Below are positions 1 through 7,990 of a DNA stretch of 57,100 nucleotides, one piece after another. Both the position numbers and the translations under genes were made by a program. Positions within the stretch are counted from its first letter, which is position 1; each line of letters starts with the position of its first letter. The notes beneath the pieces were generated by a model. It was not told where the DNA came from and made no database searches. It saw only the letters and a list, made by a program, of their open reading frames with translations. The stretch covers positions 1 through 57,100 of the IMG/VR virus record IMGVR_UViG_3300017700_000562; one strand, written 5' to 3'. Origin of the DNA: a virus. Lineage: Duplodnaviria; Caudoviricetes.

Positions 1-123
1 CGCAAGCAGCCGTCGTTCACCGAGGATTACCTCAAGACCGTAGCGCCCGGTCGCGACATCCTCGACATTCGCCACCTGTCGCACATGCGGGACAGTTTCA
101 TCGCGCCGCTGTTGGAAGAACAC
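1..123. repeat. Terminal direct repeat, left copy (circular-assembly overlap)
   Basis: cgcaagcagccgtcg...gttggaagaacac is identical to 56978-57100, and it lies inside the polymerase ORF. Confidence 0.97.
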
Positions 124-1011
124 ATCTGGCGCGACCGGGTACATGCCAATTTTAACCAGATGCGCGGAGACGAATATGGAACTATCACGGGCCGCCTATC
201 GTGCGATAGCCCCAACCTACAACAGGCTCATAAGCGCGACGCTGAGCGTGGCCGTATGCTGCGTGGCCTATTTATCCCCGACGAAGGAAAAATCTTCGCC
301 GAAGTTGACTATTCCCAGTGCGAACCGCGCCTGCTCGCTTACTATTCAAGGTGCAAAGTTCTGCTCGACGGATACCGGGCAACTCCGTCTGTCGACGCTC
401 ATACCGCCGTTGGTAAAGCTATCAGCTTCGGTCGATGGGACGAATCTGATCCTGATGCCAAGGGGTCGGTGAACAAGCCGCTCCGAGAAAGCGGCAAGCG
501 CGTCAATCAGACCCTGATCACCGGGGGCGGCAAGGGTGTGATCGTGGCCCGCTACGGTGTGCCGCTGGCCGAAGTCGACAAGATATGGCGCGACTATTTC
601 AAGGCGATGCCTGAAATCAAGGAACTGCAGGATAAGGCCAGCAAGCGCATGCGCAAGCGCGGCTACGTGGTGTCGCTGCTGGGGCGCAGGTCGAGATTGA
701 ATGACGACCGGTTCTACGTCGCCGTTAACCGCTTGCTCCAGTGCGGCAACGCCGACGTGATCAAGTTGAAGATGGTCGAGATCGACGATTATATGGAATC
801 GCAGGGACGTCCTCCCATCGACGTGCTGCTCAACATCCACGACGCTCTGCTATTTCAATTTGACGAGAGCGCCCGCGTGCACTATAATAGGTGCCTTGAG
901 ATCATGTGCGCGTTCGGCCCCGACGACGAGATCACGCTCGACATTCCCATCGAAGTCGACGACGGCGAGGGCGAGACGTGGGCAGAAGCGACATTCGGGC
1001 CGGAGAAATAG
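1..1011 (+). CDS. polA: Family A DNA polymerase, C-terminal polymerase domain (continues from 55868 across the junction); candidate Z-adapted polymerase
   Basis: Motifs TITGRLSCDSPNLQQ, motif A AEVDYSQCEPRLLA, motif B RESGKRVNQTLITG, NRLLQCGNADVIK and motif C NIHDALL. The frame is continuous with the exonuclease half at the window end. Confidence 0.95.
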   Translation, partial: RKQPSFTEDYLKTVAPGRDILDIRHLSHMRDSFIAPLLEEHIWRDRVHANFNQMRGDEYGTITGRLSCDSPNLQQAHKRDAERGRMLRGLFIPDEGKIFAEVDYSQCEPRLLAYYSRCKVLLDGYRATPSVDAHTAVGKAISFGRWDESDPDAKGSVNKPLRESGKRVNQTLITGGGKGVIVARYGVPLAEVDKIWRDYFKAMPEIKELQDKASKRMRKRGYVVSLLGRRSRLNDDRFYVAVNRLLQCGNADVIKLKMVEIDDYMESQGRPPIDVLLNIHDALLFQFDESARVHYNRCLEIMCAFGPDDEITLDIPIEVDDGEGETWAEATFGPEK

Positions 1012-1012
1012 G

Positions 1013-1750
1013 ATGCCGTTTGGTTATTTTGGGGCTAAACACGGGTTGGCCAAGTTCTACCCCGCACCCACCCACAACACCATAATTGAACCATTTGCGG
1101 GGTCCGCCGCGTATTCGTGTAAATGGGCCACACCCGATACTCATGTAATACTTAGGGACATCAATCCTGACGTAATAGGCTTGTGGTATCGACTACAAGG
1201 AATGTCGGTGGATGAATTGATGGCTATACCAATGCCCGTTAAGGGCGAACGGACCGTTGAACCCCTTATAGCTGCTGCCAGCGGTGAACAGGGGATGGCC
1301 GTCCTAGCGGGAAAATCTAGGCAAATCACCGATCGCATGGCCAAATCGTGGCCTAGGCTCAGGCAACGGATCGCGACTGCATTGCCTATGATAAAAAATT
1401 GGGACGTTCAGTTGGGGGACTATTCGTCTATTAAAAACACAAAGGCCACGTGGTTTGTCGACCCCCCATACACGTCCAAGGCAGGAAGTAGGTCCGACGA
1501 TGGAAGCCGCACAAAAGTGACAGAGGGCACTAAGGGGGCGGGTGGGGATAGATATAGTGAGCATGGGGTAGGTTTTAACTCGCACGACGATTTGGCCAAA
1601 TGGTGCCTGTCTCGTAAAGGGCAGTTGATAGTTTGTGAACAAATGCCCGCTGATTGGTTGCCATTCCAACCGTTCAGAACTCAACGCAATGGAGTGGGTG
1701 CGGGAATCCAGTCTACTCGCACCGAAGCTATGTACGCGAGGATTAAATGA
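1013..1750 (+). CDS. Dam-like (D12 class) amino-DNA methyltransferase
   Basis: N-terminal GYFGAK, SAM-binding motif I IIEPFAGSAA and catalytic motif IV FVDPPY. The probable start is ATG 1013, directly after the pol stop. Visibly more AT-rich than its flanks. Confidence 0.85.
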   Translation: MPFGYFGAKHGLAKFYPAPTHNTIIEPFAGSAAYSCKWATPDTHVILRDINPDVIGLWYRLQGMSVDELMAIPMPVKGERTVEPLIAAASGEQGMAVLAGKSRQITDRMAKSWPRLRQRIATALPMIKNWDVQLGDYSSIKNTKATWFVDPPYTSKAGSRSDDGSRTKVTEGTKGAGGDRYSEHGVGFNSHDDLAKWCLSRKGQLIVCEQMPADWLPFQPFRTQRNGVGAGIQSTRTEAMYARIK

Positions 1751-1932
1751 AAACCTTAGGTATTTGGTTCGATACTAATTGCAAGGAACCCCCAAAAATG
1801 AGCGATAAGGAATTTCAGGCCAAAGTGCTGCTATTTCTGGCGAAGTTGATGGCTGATCTCAAGGTGCCGGCCAACTCTACGTCGGCCATGATGTTGTTGC
1901 GCCTCATAGAAGATGCAGAGCGGGACCTGTGA
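1747..1932 (+). CDS. Small hypothetical protein
   Basis: ATGA/GTGA-type overlaps with both neighbours. Confidence 0.5.
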   Translation: MKTLGIWFDTNCKEPPKMSDKEFQAKVLLFLAKLMADLKVPANSTSAMMLLRLIEDAERDL

Positions 1933-2120
1933 TGAAGACCTTCGGTATTCTGGTTCGTTTCGCCGATCTCCCTAACGATATCGGCATGGACGACGTCAAG
2001 CGTATGGCGTCGGACATCATCATGTCGATTCCCGACGAGACGCCGTCGCCGGAACATGGCAAGTGCTTCGAGATCGGCGTCGGAAACGTGCGGCGGGTAC
2101 CGAAGGATAAGCTACAATGA
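1929..2120 (+). CDS. Small hypothetical protein
   Basis: Coupled overlaps at both ends and GC3-rich codons. Confidence 0.6.
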   Translation: MMKTFGILVRFADLPNDIGMDDVKRMASDIIMSIPDETPSPEHGKCFEIGVGNVRRVPKDKLQ

Positions 2121-2569
2121 ACGAACTCCAGATGCAAAAGCTGGTCATCGATTCCGTCATCGAAGGGGGCGGCCGGGCTATGAAGCTTCAAAACGAGTTT
2201 GTCCGAGGCGTTTCGGACCTGCTCGTCAAGATGCCGGGCGGGGTACCGTTCTTCCTTGAGGCCAAGCGCACCGACCTTGGCAAGCGCACCCTGGGTCTAT
2301 TACACCACGAATTCAAGTGGGACGTTTCACAACTCCAGAAGAATTTCCTTCGCGACTGGCACAAGGCCGGCATGAAATGCGGCGTCGTGTCGTTCGTGCA
2401 GTTGACGGGGGGCGACATTCGATCACTCCGCATGGCCATATACCCATATCTTGACTGCGTCGAGCAGGGGTGGACCGGGTCTCTGGCCGACCACGTCGAA
2501 CTGGGTGACCACGTCCAGCGAAGCATCACAATACGAACCCTTCTCAACGCATTCAAACAGGTGCCCTGA
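2117..2569 (+). CDS. VRR-NUC / PD-(D/E)xK nuclease (Holliday-junction resolvase-like)
   Basis: GVSDLLV...FFLEAKR...SQLQKNFLRDWHKAG pattern in a replication module. Confidence 0.75.
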   Translation: MNELQMQKLVIDSVIEGGGRAMKLQNEFVRGVSDLLVKMPGGVPFFLEAKRTDLGKRTLGLLHHEFKWDVSQLQKNFLRDWHKAGMKCGVVSFVQLTGGDIRSLRMAIYPYLDCVEQGWTGSLADHVELGDHVQRSITIRTLLNAFKQVP

Positions 2570-3075
2570 TGGCTAATCGACTACTTACCGCAGACCAGAT
2601 CGTGTCGTTGTTCACTCGCTCGATGGTGGGGGAGGCTTTCACCACCCACCCCGCCAGCGACGAGACCCATATCAAGATAGTTCACATGGGAACGGGCCTG
2701 TCGGAAGATTTCACGACTCAGGACCGTATTCTGTCGGATGGGGATTTCATCAAGAACCGCATCGTGCCGTTCGAAGCGCGGGTACGGTCCAGTTACAAGG
2801 CGTCGGAGCGTTACGCCCCATGTTCTTTGCTTGGCGAGCGCGGCAAGACCCATGGGGACTACGACCAGATGGCTGCCGTCATTCAGTCTATCAAGTTTGC
2901 TATGCAATCCGGCAACTGGGAGGACCTTACGGCCACCCAGAAGGAAAGTTTAGACTTGACAGCCACCAAGATCGGGCGTATAGTCTGCGGCGATCCTAAT
3001 CACCGGGATCATTGGGACGATATCATCGGTTACGCAACACTGGCGCGGGATCGAATTCCCGTAAAGAAGGGCTAG
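2569..3075 (+). CDS. DUF6378-like protein (nucleotide-metabolism associated, all-alpha)
   Basis: C-terminal ERGKTHGDY...KIGRIVCGDPNHRDHWDDIIGYATL, immediately upstream of purZ. Confidence 0.7.
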   Translation: MANRLLTADQIVSLFTRSMVGEAFTTHPASDETHIKIVHMGTGLSEDFTTQDRILSDGDFIKNRIVPFEARVRSSYKASERYAPCSLLGERGKTHGDYDQMAAVIQSIKFAMQSGNWEDLTATQKESLDLTATKIGRIVCGDPNHRDHWDDIIGYATLARDRIPVKKG

Positions 3076-3079
3076 AACT

Positions 3080-4210
3080 ATGCTTGACGGTTTCATTCAG
3101 CGCGGCAAGATGTCGTTCATTCTCGGCGGTCAATTCGGATCGGAGGGCAAGGGCGCTGCAAGTGCCTGGGCCGTCACTGAACTGGTCAAGACCGGACGGG
3201 CGTTCGATATCATCACCACGAACGCGGGTGTCCAATCTGGACATACCAGCATCCACGAGGGCAAGAAGCGCGTGCTGTTTCATCTGCCGACTGCGGCGAT
3301 GTTTTGCGACGCCCCTGTACATCTGAACGCCGGATCGATCATCGACCCGGACGTATTGTTTCGTGAATTCGACGAGAACCCGGATTTCCGCTACACTCAC
3401 CGCCTGACCATTGATCCCTTTGCCGCCGTCGTCACTCAAGAGTGCCGCGACGCCGAAATGGCGAACGACAGCGCGCAGACCAAGATCGCGTCGACCCGCA
3501 AGGGTGTCGGTCAGGCGCTGGCGCGCAAGGTGCTGCGGTCTGGCATGGTCGCCAAGGACCACCCGCGACTGCAGCCTTTCATTTTTCAATTCAGTATGAA
3601 CGATGATCTCTCCAAGGGCGCTTCTATTCTCGCCGAAGTCCCGCAGGGCGTGTCGCTGTCGCTCAACGGCGGTTTCTATCCTCATACCACGAGCCGCGAC
3701 TGCACCGTGGCGCAGGCAGCCTCCGACGCCGGCATCCACCCGCATTTCGTCGGCCAGACGATGCTGGTGCTGCGCACGTTCCCGATCAGGGTGGGGAACA
3801 TCAATCGTACCGCAGAAGAGATTCGGGAGACAATGACCGCATATGAAAGCAAAGACCCTGAACAGTATAAGGGGTATTCCGGCGGCGTCTACCCTGACCA
3901 GTATGAGATATCGTTCGACGATCTCGGCGTCGAGGCCGAAATCACCACCGTCACCAAGCGTGTGCGCCGGATTTTCACCTGGTCCGACCAGCAGGTGGTC
4001 GACGCCATTCGCGTCTCGCGACCCAGCGTGATTTTCCTGTCGTTCTGCGATTATTTGCGCGGTGATGGGCAGGCAGGACAACCTTATATCACGGACGAGT
4101 TGGTACGCAAGGTCCGTGGTTTGTGTCGCGCCGAAGGTCTCGGTAACGTCGAGGTTCTGACCGCCTTCGGCCCGACCACGGCGGACGTGCGGGTCAACGA
4201 GAGCCGCTGA
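3080..4210 (+). CDS. purZ: PurZ-family N6-succino-2-amino-deoxyadenylate synthase (adenylosuccinate synthetase paralog)
   Basis: GGQFGSEGKG has Ser in place of the PurA catalytic Asp of GDEGKG. Also SGHT, STRKGVG, QG.SL...FYPHTTSRD, RTFPIRV and TTVTKRVRR. Followed by MazG-like and HD-domain genes. Confidence 0.92.
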   Translation: MLDGFIQRGKMSFILGGQFGSEGKGAASAWAVTELVKTGRAFDIITTNAGVQSGHTSIHEGKKRVLFHLPTAAMFCDAPVHLNAGSIIDPDVLFREFDENPDFRYTHRLTIDPFAAVVTQECRDAEMANDSAQTKIASTRKGVGQALARKVLRSGMVAKDHPRLQPFIFQFSMNDDLSKGASILAEVPQGVSLSLNGGFYPHTTSRDCTVAQAASDAGIHPHFVGQTMLVLRTFPIRVGNINRTAEEIRETMTAYESKDPEQYKGYSGGVYPDQYEISFDDLGVEAEITTVTKRVRRIFTWSDQQVVDAIRVSRPSVIFLSFCDYLRGDGQAGQPYITDELVRKVRGLCRAEGLGNVEVLTAFGPTTADVRVNESR

Positions 4211-4211
4211 A

Positions 4212-4673
4212 ATGACGACAGCGGCGATAATAGGAGCTACGAACATGACTTTACCCAAGGACTTGTCAGGGCACCCAGAACACCTAGTCATGGGTGTCCG
4301 CGACGAAGTGGCTGAGTTTGCGGTGGCTATGGAAGCCAAGCTTCGCAAGAACGACCACAAGACCGGCTGGAAGGATCAGCCCATCGAGGCCCACATCAAA
4401 TTGATGCGAATCGAAATGATGGAGTTCGACGTGGCGCTGGAATTTCTCGGCGACGAGGAAGCCGCCAAGGAATGCGTCGATATCGCGAATTTCGCCCTGA
4501 TCGTGCGCGACAAGCTGCTGGCGCGGATCGCGGCGAAGAAGGAAGCGGAGCGCCGGGAAAACAACCGCGAACCCGGCACGCTGGTACAGAAAGGGTGTGA
4601 CGTCGAGGGCTGCGGTGCACCCAGCTATGCTACCAATTGTGGCCATCCCAAGTGCATGATGCCCCCTTTCTAA
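4212..4673 (+). CDS. mazZ: MazG-like all-alpha (d)NTP pyrophosphohydrolase, MazZ-type
   Basis: MEAKLRKNDHK.GW...IEMMEF...EAAKECVDIANF provides ExxE...ExxD metal ligands. Position between purZ and datZ. Confidence 0.7.
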   Translation: MTTAAIIGATNMTLPKDLSGHPEHLVMGVRDEVAEFAVAMEAKLRKNDHKTGWKDQPIEAHIKLMRIEMMEFDVALEFLGDEEAAKECVDIANFALIVRDKLLARIAAKKEAERRENNREPGTLVQKGCDVEGCGAPSYATNCGHPKCMMPPF

Positions 4674-4688
4674 AAACAGGAATTTGAA

Positions 4689-5303
4689 ATGCCATACCAG
4701 AAGCTTTTCCCGCCCGAACTTCGCACCGCGTCAATAGTCCCGCGCTGGTCCGTAGTGTGGACCCTGAACAAGGATACCGTGGCGAACCATTCATATTTCG
4801 TCACGTTCTACGCGCGGCAGATCGCCAAGCTGATCGGGTGGAAGGGCTCGTACGAGGACCTGATGTACTACGCGCTGGTGCATGATCTCGACGAGACGGT
4901 GACGGGGGACATCGTGTCGCCGGTCAAGGCGGCAATCGTAGATAAACAAGCCTCCGATGTTTACGTAGACAATCACATGAGCCGGACCATGCCGGATGTC
5001 TTGGCAAATACTGCTCGGATAATGGACCCGTTTAATGAAGACCAATCAGGGAAATTCGACGAGCCCTCCGATATCAAGCTTATCGTCAAGGCAGCCGATC
5101 GCCTCGACGCCCTGTTGTTCCTGATCACCGAGGAACGGTTGGGAAATTCGATCATTATGAAGCGCACCCCGGACGCCCAATCGTTGCTGCGTCAGGCCTG
5201 GATGGATTTGCCCGGTATCGACGAAGCTGGTAAAAAGTTTACGTACGAGGTTATGCTTGAAGAAATTTCACACCACAGGTCCGGGGGTGGTTTCGGTGTC
5301 TGA
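4689..5303 (+). CDS. datZ: HD-domain dATP triphosphohydrolase, DatZ/YfbR-like
   Basis: VPRW...TVANHSY...ALVHDLDETVTGDIVSPVK...VKAADRLDA, within the purZ cluster. Confidence 0.85.
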   Translation: MPYQKLFPPELRTASIVPRWSVVWTLNKDTVANHSYFVTFYARQIAKLIGWKGSYEDLMYYALVHDLDETVTGDIVSPVKAAIVDKQASDVYVDNHMSRTMPDVLANTARIMDPFNEDQSGKFDEPSDIKLIVKAADRLDALLFLITEERLGNSIIMKRTPDAQSLLRQAWMDLPGIDEAGKKFTYEVMLEEISHHRSGGGFGV

Positions 5304-5502
5304 AACATTGACCTTGTACGTACACTGTGCTTGCAACGACGGCTTGGCCCCCAGTGAAGCCGAGGTGGATGCCATGTTGGATAGTCTTAATTATAGGGCT
5401 GCAGCCAGACTACTTGGCAAACACGTGGCACAACGAGAATGGTTCGGTACTTTGCCGTTTTCAGACAGTCTTGGCTTTGCGATATATCGGGATTTTGAAT
5501 GA
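5296..5502 (+). CDS. Small hypothetical protein
   Basis: Fills the gap between datZ and the helicase with overlaps. The GTG start is inferred. Confidence 0.45.
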   Translation: MSETLTLYVHCACNDGLAPSEAEVDAMLDSLNYRAAARLLGKHVAQREWFGTLPFSDSLGFAIYRDFE

Positions 5503-6908
5503 CCACCGATTGGCACCTGAACCACGCCCGTTTCGGCACTAAGCCCTGGGCTGTACAAGTCGAGGCTATGCGTCGTTCTGCCCCACACAGAAAATACGCG
5601 TTATTCGCCGAGCAGGGACTTGGAAAAACTGCAATGGCTCAGAACGCCTTTATCGACGACGATGACACCGACGTCCATCTGGTGCTCTGCCCGAATTCGT
5701 TCAAGAACGACTGGGTGCTGGCCCCTGAGGAATGGGGCGTAGGTTGGATGCCTGTCGGTATGTGGCCGCGCAACCCCATCCCGACCAACGAAGAATATAT
5801 CCAGTACGCCATCAACTTCGAGTCCGCGCGCAAGAGCAAGCTGAACGACCTGCTCCGGTTATGCGAGAAGCGACGTGTCCGGCTGACTATCGACGAATCC
5901 GCGATCCTCGCCAACCCCGGCACCGAATCCACCAAGGGTATGATCGAGATCGCCAAGCGCGCCGACCGGGTCTGGCTGCTGAACGGCACGCCCCTGATCA
6001 AGAACCCTGTCGACTATTTCGGCCAGTTGCGCGCCATCGGTCGCCTAAACGGCTGGAATGCTACTAATTTCAAGAACCGGTTCGCCGTAACTGGGGGTTG
6101 GAAAGGAAAACAACTCTTAAACGAGATCAAAAACGAGACCGAGTTAGCTACCATCCTCGACGAGTGTTCGTTTCGTGCCCTCAAGGCCGACTGGCGCAAG
6201 GACCTGCCCCCCAAGGTACGGACGCCCATTCATCTTGAAATGTCAGCCAAGCAGCGGGTCCATTACGATGAAATGATGGACGAGTTCTATACCATGGTTG
6301 ACGGCGAGGAAATCACCGCGCAACTGGTGCTGACGCAGATGGACAAGCTGCGCCAGATATCATCGTGCGTCCTGATGAAGGACGGCAATGAATATTTCTT
6401 CGAGGAAGACAAGAACAACCCTAAGCTACAGGCCCTGTACGACATCGTGTCGTCCTGTCCCGGCAAGATCATCGTGGTCTACAACTACAAGGCGTCGGGC
6501 ACGCTGTTACGGGAGTCGCTGACCAAGAAGGGTCTCAAGCCCGCCTATATCAAGGGTGGGATGAAGCCCGAGGAACTGTCGCGCCAGAAGGACATGTTCA
6601 ATAACGACCCCGACTGCCGGGCCATCGTGTGTCAGGAACTGGCCTCGTGCCGGGGACATACGCTGATCGGGCAGACCGGAAAAGACAGGTGCGCCACTAT
6701 GTATTTCTACGAAAATTCCTTCTCGTACTACCAGCGCGCCCAGATGGAGGACCGCAATCATCGCGGCGAGCAGGACGAGACTTGCAACATATATGACCCG
6801 GTCGTCAGCCCGATGGATGCTCTTACAGTTGAAATTCTGACCAATAAGAAAGACATGGCGGACGGCCTCGATCAGGTGGTGGCCAAAATACGGGAATTGA
6901 GGGGTTGA
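5499..6908 (+). CDS. SNF2-like SF2 helicase
   Basis: AEQGLGKT Walker A, TIDESA Walker B, LLNGTP, KLRQISS and QMEDRNHRGEQ motif VI. Confidence 0.9.
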   Translation: MTTDWHLNHARFGTKPWAVQVEAMRRSAPHRKYALFAEQGLGKTAMAQNAFIDDDDTDVHLVLCPNSFKNDWVLAPEEWGVGWMPVGMWPRNPIPTNEEYIQYAINFESARKSKLNDLLRLCEKRRVRLTIDESAILANPGTESTKGMIEIAKRADRVWLLNGTPLIKNPVDYFGQLRAIGRLNGWNATNFKNRFAVTGGWKGKQLLNEIKNETELATILDECSFRALKADWRKDLPPKVRTPIHLEMSAKQRVHYDEMMDEFYTMVDGEEITAQLVLTQMDKLRQISSCVLMKDGNEYFFEEDKNNPKLQALYDIVSSCPGKIIVVYNYKASGTLLRESLTKKGLKPAYIKGGMKPEELSRQKDMFNNDPDCRAIVCQELASCRGHTLIGQTGKDRCATMYFYENSFSYYQRAQMEDRNHRGEQDETCNIYDPVVSPMDALTVEILTNKKDMADGLDQVVAKIRELRG

Positions 6909-6933
6909 CTTGCAAGTCTCGGTGTGATAGGAT
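6905..6933 (+). promoter_or_regulatory. Sigma70-type promoter
   Basis: TTGACT-17 nt-TAGGAT, followed by RBS caggag and ATG 6962. Confidence 0.7.
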
Positions 6934-6961
6934 ATAGGTTCGATCACGCAGGAGATAGACC

Positions 6962-7135
6962 ATGAAGACCCCTAATCCTCTTTCCTCTGTCATCATCCGG
7001 TTGCGTGAAGGTGCAGTTTCTGCTGCCACCGCGCACCTGGGCTGGGAACTTATTGTTGACGGTCTCTATGTTGGCAACTTTGCGTCCAAGGCCGATGCCG
7101 AAGCTGCCGCCATCCAGATGACCGTGGGGCTCTGA
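6962..7135 (+). CDS. Small early hypothetical protein (57 aa, MKTPNPLSS...)
   Basis: Strong RBS after the promoter, and it ends next to the start of the following ORF. Too short for the supplied ORF track. Confidence 0.65.
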   Translation: MKTPNPLSSVIIRLREGAVSAATAHLGWELIVDGLYVGNFASKADAEAAAIQMTVGL

Positions 7136-7136
7136 T

Positions 7137-7736
7137 ATGACCCTCGAAATCCCTGCCTTCCTCCGCATCCCGGCCGATGTTCGTCGCGCCGCTTGGCTCG
7201 CCAGCCCCCCGCGCCCTATGCCGAAGTTTATCCCGGTCGCCATCGCGACGGACGCGGACACTGAGGCCGCACTGGCCGAGATCGCGGAGGAAAAACGTCG
7301 CGCGAGCCTGAACCGCATCGCCAAGATGAAATCCAAGATGTCGCAGGGCAAGGTCAGCATCAAGACCCATCGTTGGAATGCGGGGCGCGGGCGGTTCGAG
7401 CCCTTGGCCGCGCCGGAATGGAAGCTGCAGCGCGGGCGAGAGGAACACGTCCGGTTCATGGAAATGTACCCGGACGCGAGGCCGCTGGAGGAAAAACCAA
7501 TGTATCATGTGGCTAAGAATTACTTGATACAGTCACAGAATACACACAAAGTCGCGCTGCCCTCTACCGGCCCTAATCTCGATCTCGTAACCAAGGACAA
7601 CGCCGAACGTGTCGCCCGTCGCAACGGCGTCTGGAAGGACAGCTACGGCACGTTGCAGGCCGGGTTGATGACCATGTCCGTCAAGAACAGGCTTAAACGG
7701 CTTGTTAAGGACGGCCATGATATCATGTGGGACTGA
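7137..7736 (+). CDS. Early hypothetical protein with C-terminal NG-W-Y-G-M-NRL family domain
   Basis: LEIPAFLR N-terminus. The C-terminus resembles the ORFs at 49948 and 51348. Possible internal start at 7500 with ggagg. Confidence 0.7.
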   Translation: MTLEIPAFLRIPADVRRAAWLASPPRPMPKFIPVAIATDADTEAALAEIAEEKRRASLNRIAKMKSKMSQGKVSIKTHRWNAGRGRFEPLAAPEWKLQRGREEHVRFMEMYPDARPLEEKPMYHVAKNYLIQSQNTHKVALPSTGPNLDLVTKDNAERVARRNGVWKDSYGTLQAGLMTMSVKNRLKRLVKDGHDIMWD

Positions 7737-7760
7737 AAAACACAAACAGGAGTTAGGAAT

Positions 7761-7853
7761 ATGTTGAGACAGATCGGTATCATGTTGATCGAGGCAGGAG
7801 GCATCGCGGTCTGCCTGTCGATCTTCATCGGATTTTGGGTGGCGACACCATGA
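7761..7853 (+). CDS. 30-aa hydrophobic membrane peptide
   Basis: aaacaggagtt RBS, then MLRQIGIMLIEAGGIAVCLSIFIGFWVATP, with an ATGA overlap into the next ORF. Confidence 0.55.
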   Translation: MLRQIGIMLIEAGGIAVCLSIFIGFWVATP

Positions 7854-7990
7854 CCACTCAGTCCCGTGCCGACAACCTCTTGCAGGCTTGGCAATTGCTT
7901 CGTCGGCAGGGCGTCCCGGCCGACGCCCGCCTCCCCATCATCGACGCGCTCTGTGAAATGGAGCGCGCTAAGCAGGATTCGAAGAAATGA
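7850..7990 (+). CDS. 46-aa hypothetical protein
   Basis: ATGA overlaps at both ends (MTTQSRADNLLQAW...). Confidence 0.55.
   Translation: MTTQSRADNLLQAWQLLRRQGVPADARLPIIDALCEMERAKQDSKK

Noticed and set aside
3080-4210. Ordinary PurA auxiliary metabolic gene
   Set aside because: The catalytic Asp is replaced by Ser, and the neighbours are MazG-like and HD hydrolases.
3023-4360. Long antisense ORFs (also 29038-30237, 53716-54759, 20712-21578 and others)
   Set aside because: These are shadow frames caused by high GC3 codon bias opposite well-supported genes, with no motifs or RBS.
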